From: Octopus sinensis | Taxonomy: Eukaryota | Direction of reading: 5' to 3' | DNA length: 64,000 nucleotides | Assembly (NCBI RefSeq): GCF_006345805.1 | Contig: NC_043015.1 | Coordinates: 36,456,001-36,520,000 of the forward strand | The notes under the pieces: model-generated | Seen by the model: only the letters and a program-made list of their open reading frames with translations | Database searches by the model: none | Told to the model about the DNA's origin: nothing | Part shown: positions 56,677 to 64,000 of the stretch, one piece after another | Numbering within the stretch: position 1 is the stretch's first letter | Layout: each line of letters opens with the position of its first letter | Position numbers and translations under genes: made by a program

Positions 56677-56971
56677 CACACGTATATATATATATATATA
56701 ATTCTGTACGCAACATATATGTAGATATATATACATATATACACAGACACCGCCACACACATACATATATATGTGTGTATTATATACGCATGTATATGTA
56801 CGTAGAAGCATGTATGTGTGAATATATATACATACGTAAATATGAATATATTTATATATATATATTACATTTATGAGTTGATACGATATAGTCAACATCA
56901 TCACCACCATCACCAGCACCATCACAACCATTCCTACTCCTACTACCACAGCTATACTACTGCTGCTGCTG

Positions 56972-57007
<36 letters not shown>

Positions 57008-58050
57008 GCATTATTGTTCTTCATTTATATTCTAAAAACCAAGCAGCCTTACCTCCGCTGAATGATATAAGAACTGTTTTAGCATTTATGCCTCCTGTGA
57101 GGCAAAATCCTTAACTCTTTCTTTCCCCTCTTGTTTTTACTCTTTTCCTTTCTTTCATTTTTCCTTCTTTCGACATTCTTCTTTTCATGAATCAAATGAT
57201 TATACGCATTTCGGTACAATTGCTCATCCTTTCTGCAAAAAGTTATAGCCACAATTCTTTCAAATCGCACTTTCCACTCTTAATCGAAGATGGAAAAATG
57301 TCACACAATACAAAGCCTTATATTCAAGCGAGGTAGTCTAGGATGGAAAGTCTGTCACCCTTGTCCTTCTGATCTATGCCTCATCAACCACTTCAGCAAC
57401 ACCAGACATTCTTTCGATGTTGAGGTAATTTCTGTTGCACAAGCAATAACATTTTCCTGTAAATTATTTTTCCTACGTAAAGCAAAAACCCAGCAATTAT
57501 AAGACGTTGAGATAATCAATAGTAACGATCCCCAGCAATACGCAGGTTCTTATCGGGTGGATCCTGGAAGGAAGAGAAACGCAACTGTGAGCGTCGGGAT
57601 TTGAACTCGGAATATAAAACTGTTGTAACAAATACTACAATCTGTGCTCTGGTATCAGAAATAAAGACTTAATGCCAACAAATGAGATGTAATGGTCTCA
57701 AACCTGGTGCTCTATTCACTCTTCCACCCAGGAATATCTAAAGACAACCAGCGACCTTCCGAAGAGTTATCATACTCATAAAGCGACTTATAGGACTATA
57801 TTAAATCTAAATTGAGCTAAAGTTATTCGATGCACGAAATACTCTTGACTGGAATCAAATCTGTAGCATGTTTACTAAACATTTCTCTTGAATTAATTTT
57901 TGAAATCAGATTTTCAGTGTTTATTTCACTCTTTGGTTCAGTAAATTTTCTGTATTCTTTTCCCTGGTTTCTCTTTTGATTATCTATGTTCGTGTACGTA
58001 TTTTAATCGTTAAGTTTGATTCCTGAAATCTTCATGAAAGTATCGAAGAC

Positions 58051-58462
58051 TGGTTTCCTGTTATTTGTTTTACCGTAATGAATCTTCTTCATTCAAGACG
58101 CTCTCCTGGGTTTCGCCCTCGCAATAAATTTCACATTTCAATCCGCAGGTGATTCCGATTATTTGCGTTCGCAGTTAATTTCCTTTTTGCTTATAATAAA
58201 TGTCATCGTTTCCTCACGTTTGTTTTGAATTAAACTTCTCTAATGACGGCTCTAGAGAAATTTCGACCATATTGATGTCTAAACGAATCCTTTCAATGTC
58301 CTATTTTGCTTGCAGTCATTAATGTTAGTACATTTTAGTCTCTTTCAATATTTACTCTAAATATTCTTAATTTGTGTCCACACGTTATCGAGTAATGACA
58401 GAAGCCATTTTCACTCTCAAATATTCACCTTTACGAGATTGTGATTTCTCGAAGTCTGCCAT
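58051..58462 (-). mobile_element. Highly degraded Tc1-like transposase N-terminal remnant
   Basis: Collinear fragments MADFEKSQ, LMTASK, RHQYGR, KEITAN..NHL and IHYGKTNNRKP resemble the Tc1 HTH region (DF.RGQ, KVMTA, SGRK, KITAELN.HL, GFHGR...RKP). Confidence 0.4.
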
Positions 58463-58559
58463 GACCAGATTCTTGCTAATAATAGCATTGGTGATAGGAG
58501 AGCGGCCGAATGAAGAGTGACCATAAAATGCATTCTAACATTCAGTTATGCTCCTCTAT

Positions 58560-58965
58560 GTTTTACTTTCGAGACTCGTCGAAGAACACGATTGTTAGCA
58601 CCCAGCAAAATGCTCTGCGGCGTTTCGAACATCCTTAAGTTGAAGTTCCACTGAGGTCCCAAATGCTTTTCATGATTTTGGGGCCGATAACATAAGTGCC
58701 ACTTGATCATTAGGGTCGATGCGTCTTACATCCACCCCCGAAATTCCTGGACTTGTGCCAATATTTGAAACCAATATTTATTCCTACTAAGGCGGCGAGC
58801 TGTTAGAATGCTTGTTCTGGGTTCAAATTCCAGCGACGTCAAGACTGGTTTAATTTTTTCGGGGTCGATCAAAGAAGTAGCAGTTGAACACTGGGGCCAT
58901 TGTAATCAACTTGCCCGCTTCTTTAAAACAGCTGGTCATGGGCCAAATGTTTTAAAAATCATTAT
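58560..58965 (+). mobile_element. Two degraded SINE family A copies
   Basis: ggcggcgagctg..gaat, gttcaaattcc, tcggggtcgat and ttgtgcca..atttgaaacc motifs. Confidence 0.65.
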
Positions 58966-59564
58966 TCCTTCTAATACATTGAAGAAAATTAATAAACCTG
59001 TTGAGTACCGGATTCAGTAGAATCAATTGTACGCACCAACCCAAAGAACTCTTAGACCGTTTCTAAGATAGAAGAATCAATATTATTGAACTTACATGAA
59101 TATTGAATTTACTTTTTTAAGAAAACAAAAATACTGCAGCAGATTTGATCTGCATTGATTATCTACAATATTCAAATATAAATTCCCAGAATTACTACAA
59201 ACTATAATCATCATTTATCATTTAATCTATGTTTAATTTACACATTGTGTTTATAAACAGCTACGGTGTGTCTCACTTTCCTTTTGAAGTTTGAACAACC
59301 AAATCATGTATGTTCTTCATATTATTTGTATTAGCATCGCTCATTGGACTGCGGTCATGGACCGGCAGCACATTCACGAGTTCTAATCGAACATAGATTT
59401 ATCAATTCATATTGGTATTTTTCTTCGATACCTGTTTATCCAAACGAAAGTTTATACTTCGTCATACACAGCTCCAATACGTAGAAAGTTACAGAGGTCA
59501 CATTAAACAAATCTATCTGCCAAACAGTAAAATGTATGTTAGTTAGTTAAGTATGTATGTGTGT

Positions 59565-59871
<307 letters not shown>

Positions 59872-60152
59872 CCTTGCTAATTAGCTAACAATCAGAGAAT
59901 ACATTCTTGATGTACACCATTTGACTATGTTAAAGATTTCGACCCGGATCGTTTTTACTAGGCTTCCCACCATCAGCTTTCCCCATGGGGCGATATTGTT
60001 GCAAAGAATTTGTGGCTAGAAATCAGAGATTGCTCTCTCCTCTTAGGTGAAGTAGTTCAATCTACCTGAAACCCTTTTGTTTTGCGCCGTCCTTCACCCA
60101 TTCGCCCTTCAAGACAAAAAGTTCCGCCGAACTTAGTGAACTGTATCTGTGC

Positions 60153-60194
<42 letters not shown>

Positions 60195-60196
60195 AA

Positions 60197-60279
<83 letters not shown>

Positions 60280-60291
60280 CATATATATATG

Positions 60292-60329
<38 letters not shown>

Positions 60330-60344
60330 TGTGTATACATACAT

Positions 60345-60405
<61 letters not shown>

Positions 60406-60408
<3 letters not shown>

Positions 60409-60720
60409 CGCGTGGCTTAGTGGTTAGGGCATTCGGCTCATGATCGTAAGGTTGTGAGTTCGATTCCCGGCGACGCGTTGTGTCCTTGAGCAAGACACTT
60501 TATTTCACGTTGCTCCAGTCCACTCAGCTGGCAAAAATGAGTTGTACTTGTATTTCAAAGGGTCAGCCTTGTCACTCTCTGTGTCACGCTGATTATCCCC
60601 GAGAACTACGTTAAGGGTACACGTGTCTGTGGAATGCTCAGCCATTTGCACGTTAATTTCACGAGCAAGCTTTTCCGTTGATCGTATCAGCTGGGACCCT
60701 CGTCGTCGTAACCGGCGGAG

Positions 60721-60726
<6 letters not shown>
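60406..60726 (+). mobile_element. Full-length tRNA-derived SINE family C (V-domain-like) inserted in (TA)n
   Basis: A-box TGGCTTAGTGG 60413-23; B-box GTTCGATTC 60458-66; GTGTCCTTGAGCAAGACACTT...TTGCTCCAGTCCACTCAGCTG V-type domain; ends in TTTT. Confidence 0.9.
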
Positions 60727-60770
<44 letters not shown>

Positions 60771-60857
60771 ATATTTCGGAATGGTCATATTGCCAGTTTA
60801 GACAATAAAACACACGACTTCACATAAAAAATCTTGCACAACAAATATTTAAACGTA

Positions 60858-60908
<51 letters not shown>

Positions 60909-61644
60909 TATATATACAGCGGTCTTCAGTAAAGTTTTCTCTTTGAAGTTATATGAGGCCGGCCAAACAAGGGTCGCCATGCAAAGAGAAAAATCCCCAA
61001 AATCGCAAACTGGAATTGAATCTGGAGCTAGACGTTTGCGAACACCGTTACGCGAGCGGATATTTAATTACCAAATGAATTTCGGTTCTCAAATTATCTA
61101 CTTTGGATATAGAAAAATGTTCCATATTTTCTGTATCTAAGTCTTCAAATATGCAAGCAAATAAGCCATTCACATCACATAGAAAACATGGTCTGAAATA
61201 GTTTACTTTGTATTTGTATTCAGTAAGTATTATCTCTTTGATGTGCTTATACCATATATGGATTTAGTTATTACAAAGCAACTAAGAACGCATACCATTT
61301 ACTATTTTAAGCCGCAGGAATTTGGTATTTATATAATTCCGTGAGTTGGATATGCTTCCTGATTCAGAGATTAGTGTCATGATGACTTTTGTCATGAGAT
61401 TGGATTCATAATCTTTAATCTTTAATCCTGCCTGCGGGGGATCCCAAAGCTTTTATTGTATCGATCTCTCTTGGTGTATGCACACATCTCCACCCACTCT
61501 CTCCCAATGTCTCTCTTTTCGTGTATATATATATATATATGTGTGTGTGTGCGTGTGTGTGTGTCTGCGTGAGTGTGTTTATCTATGTATGTGTATGTAT
61601 ATATACGCATATATATTTATATATGTATGTTTTTATGCGTATGT

Positions 61645-61832
61645 ATAATTATACATGTAAATATATACGTATGTATGTATGTGTGTACGTACGCACTCAT
61701 ACACACACATAGCACTCATACATGTATGTATCTGCATAATTATACATGTAAATATATATATGTATGTATATGTATGTGTGTACGTACGTATGTACTCATA
61801 CACACACGTAGCACTCATACATGTATGTATAT
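61645..61832. repeat. About 90-bp diverged tandem duplication
   Basis: ataattatacatgtaaatatata...actcatacacac..tagcactcatacatgtatgtat occurs twice. Confidence 0.8.
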
Positions 61833-62772
61833 ACATATTTTTGTGTGTGTGTGTATGTGTGTGTGTGTCAGTATGTTTATATATATATATATATCGGCAC
61901 GTTTTAAGTTTCACACGGATTTGTTGATGTGTATGTATATGTCGATAAGCGTATGTGTCTAAATGTATCTGTATGTTCGTGTGTGTGCGCTTGATTGTGT
62001 GTGTACATGTGCGTGTGCATACGCCTGTGTGTTTGTATGTGTGTGTACTTGTGTTGTATGGAACATATGCCAAACTAGTTTTGATTTGCGGCATCACAAA
62101 ATCCCAATCAATACAGCTCCATGAAATGAAATATCCCACAATTAAATCGATCGATTATTTTGTTTATCCTTTTGTTAAAATGTGGTGAGGTTTTAATGTT
62201 TTCTCGTTCTTTGAAGCAATTCCTATCATTTCTCATTCGAGCTACTAGTTTGCTCTATTAGAATTGTATAATGTAACAGTTCTACTGTAAAATCTCTGTC
62301 CATGTATATTTATACGTAACGTAATATATATAGATATATAAATTCCTCTTTCAATTTGTAATCGTAGGTTTTCCATTTACCCAAAACAATGTAATTCTGC
62401 GATCGTAGAAACAAACTTACATAGACGTCACCACATGCGAACAAAAACAAATTCACGCACACATATCTATACACACACACACATATCTATACACACGCAC
62501 ATATCTATACTCTATACCCAAACAAAGTGAATTAAATTAAATTTAACAACACGTCTTTTATTTTGACATAATTCGTTTTAAGCCTATTTACTGGATGTGG
62601 TTAAAAATATCGCTTTGCTGCCTTCTGGGATTTGGGTCCAGTTTTACAGGTCAGTAATTTGGTCAAGTGTCTTCTACTGCTGCCCAGGGCGGTCCAATGC
62701 TTTGCGAATGAGCGTAATTGACGAAGACTATGCGGAAGCCCGTCCTACATATATATATATATATATATATAT

Positions 62773-62931
62773 GTAGGTCCCGGGTTGAGTCGGGGTTAAC
62801 CACAGTTCTAGTCCTGTAGAAGCTCCTTCTATAAAATATATATATTATATATATATATATTATATATATATGTAGGTCCCGGGTTGAGTCGGGGTTAACC
62901 ACAGTTCTAGTCCTGTAGAAGCTCCTTCTAT

Positions 62932-62935
<4 letters not shown>
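62773..62935. repeat. Identical 64-bp module twice, separated and flanked by (TA)n
   Basis: GTAGGTCCCGGGTTGAGTCGGGGTTAACC...CTTCTATAAAA at 62773-62836 and 62872-62935. Confidence 0.95.
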
Positions 62936-62992
<57 letters not shown>

Positions 62993-63451
62993 AATATATA
63001 ACTACACATACACATATATGCATGCATGTATGTATGTATGTATGTATGTATATATGTATGTATCTATGTAGCTAAAGTGCGTGTCTTAGTGTTTACGGTG
63101 TTTCAGATTCTCAGAACGATCAGTCTGTTCTGTTTCCCATCTAATCTGAAGTTGTTCAGTGATCTCTTCGACTTGTTATTCGCCGTGCATTTCTATAGAC
63201 CGTGTTGATTTGATGGAACGAATGGCCCAATGCTGTGTACAATCATTTGGTCACTCTAAGCACACCATCCCTGTGATGCCGCAAATCAAGAAATTGCACA
63301 ACCATCTTTTTCAGACGCGAGAAATAACTATTAAATTCCGTATTGATGTATGGTTTTTCTTTGAGTTTTATTTAATTTCTAATTAATAGAGTTCGAGCCG
63401 GTCGCTTACAAAGCGACAAAACATTTTGAGAGTCTGGTGTTTGTTATTATG

Positions 63452-63564
63452 TGGTTGAGCTGGTGCGTTGGTTGAGCTGGTGCGTTGGTTGAGCTGGTGC
63501 GTTGGTTGAGCTGGTGCGTTGGTTGAGCTGGTGCGTTGGTTGAGCTGGTGCGTTGGTTGAGCTG
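63452..63564. repeat. Perfect 17-bp minisatellite (TGGTTGAGCTGGTGCGT), 6.6 copies
   Basis: Units start at 63452, 63469, 63486, 63503, 63520, 63537 and 63554 (partial). Confidence 0.97.
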
Positions 63565-64000
63565 TCGATGCACACACCCAAATATGTGCACTTATTCATC
63601 TAAATATTCTCAGATGGAGAAACTCTGGAATGTCTTACAAAAGTTCACTTTACTTTGAATTGATTGAAGTTGGAGAAAATTATTAATTTATTTTCCTATC
63701 TCTTCCAAAATCCTATTACGTCCACGTTTTTGTGTAACTTTGTTTGAACGTAACCAATGCGCAGCTATGATGATAGTCACACATTTTCATTTATAATCAC
63801 GCCACAAGAGCTGCAAAGTCCGTATTTATTCACCATAAATTTTCATTATTTAGTGAACATTTTATTGTACATTCACATTCGCTGTGCCACTGACCTCTAC
63901 ATCTGTCATTGCCTTCTTTTCAGGCATTTTATGCTTCGACAATACATTTGCAGAACACTCATATCTATTGGAGTGTTCCAACAGTATTGGTGGTATCTGA

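Noticed and set aside
60406-60475. tRNA gene
   Set aside because: A and B boxes are present, but there is no complete acceptor stem and the sequence continues into a SINE body.
63452-63564. CRISPR-like array
   Set aside because: Repeats are contiguous with no spacers, there are no cas genes, and the context is eukaryotic. The same applies to the 396-bp array.

Overview
AT-rich, repeat-dominated eukaryotic non-coding DNA. The SINE families and the density of (TA)n/(AAT)n microsatellites suggest a cephalopod, probably Octopus (inference from recalled repeat families, not a search). I found no credible host protein-coding exon; nearly all ORF-track entries are microsatellite translations. Recognisable content: two decayed near-full-length mariner transposases, a mariner MITE, a Tc1 remnant, several R4/Dong-like (restriction-like endonuclease, RLE) LINE fragments with (TAA)n tails, an RTE fragment, three tRNA-derived SINE families, a 554-bp (AAT)n-embedded element, local duplications and a foldback palindrome. 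The main result is a (TA)n-flanked array at 37674-39863 of about 5.5 units of 393-396 bp. Each junction carries a type I hammerhead ribozyme fold (TCTCA-CTGAAGA-[stem II]-GAAAC-TGCA-GTC^TGAGA), and a nested alternative hairpin could switch it off. This is a candidate non-LTR retrozyme / circular-RNA-derived element. A second, more speculative lead is a (TA)n-adjacent repeat end (52824-52889 +; 36279-36344 and 37036-37101 -) whose hammerhead-like strands lie in a non-circularly permuted order, with compensatory base changes between copies. All folds were derived by eye and are untested.
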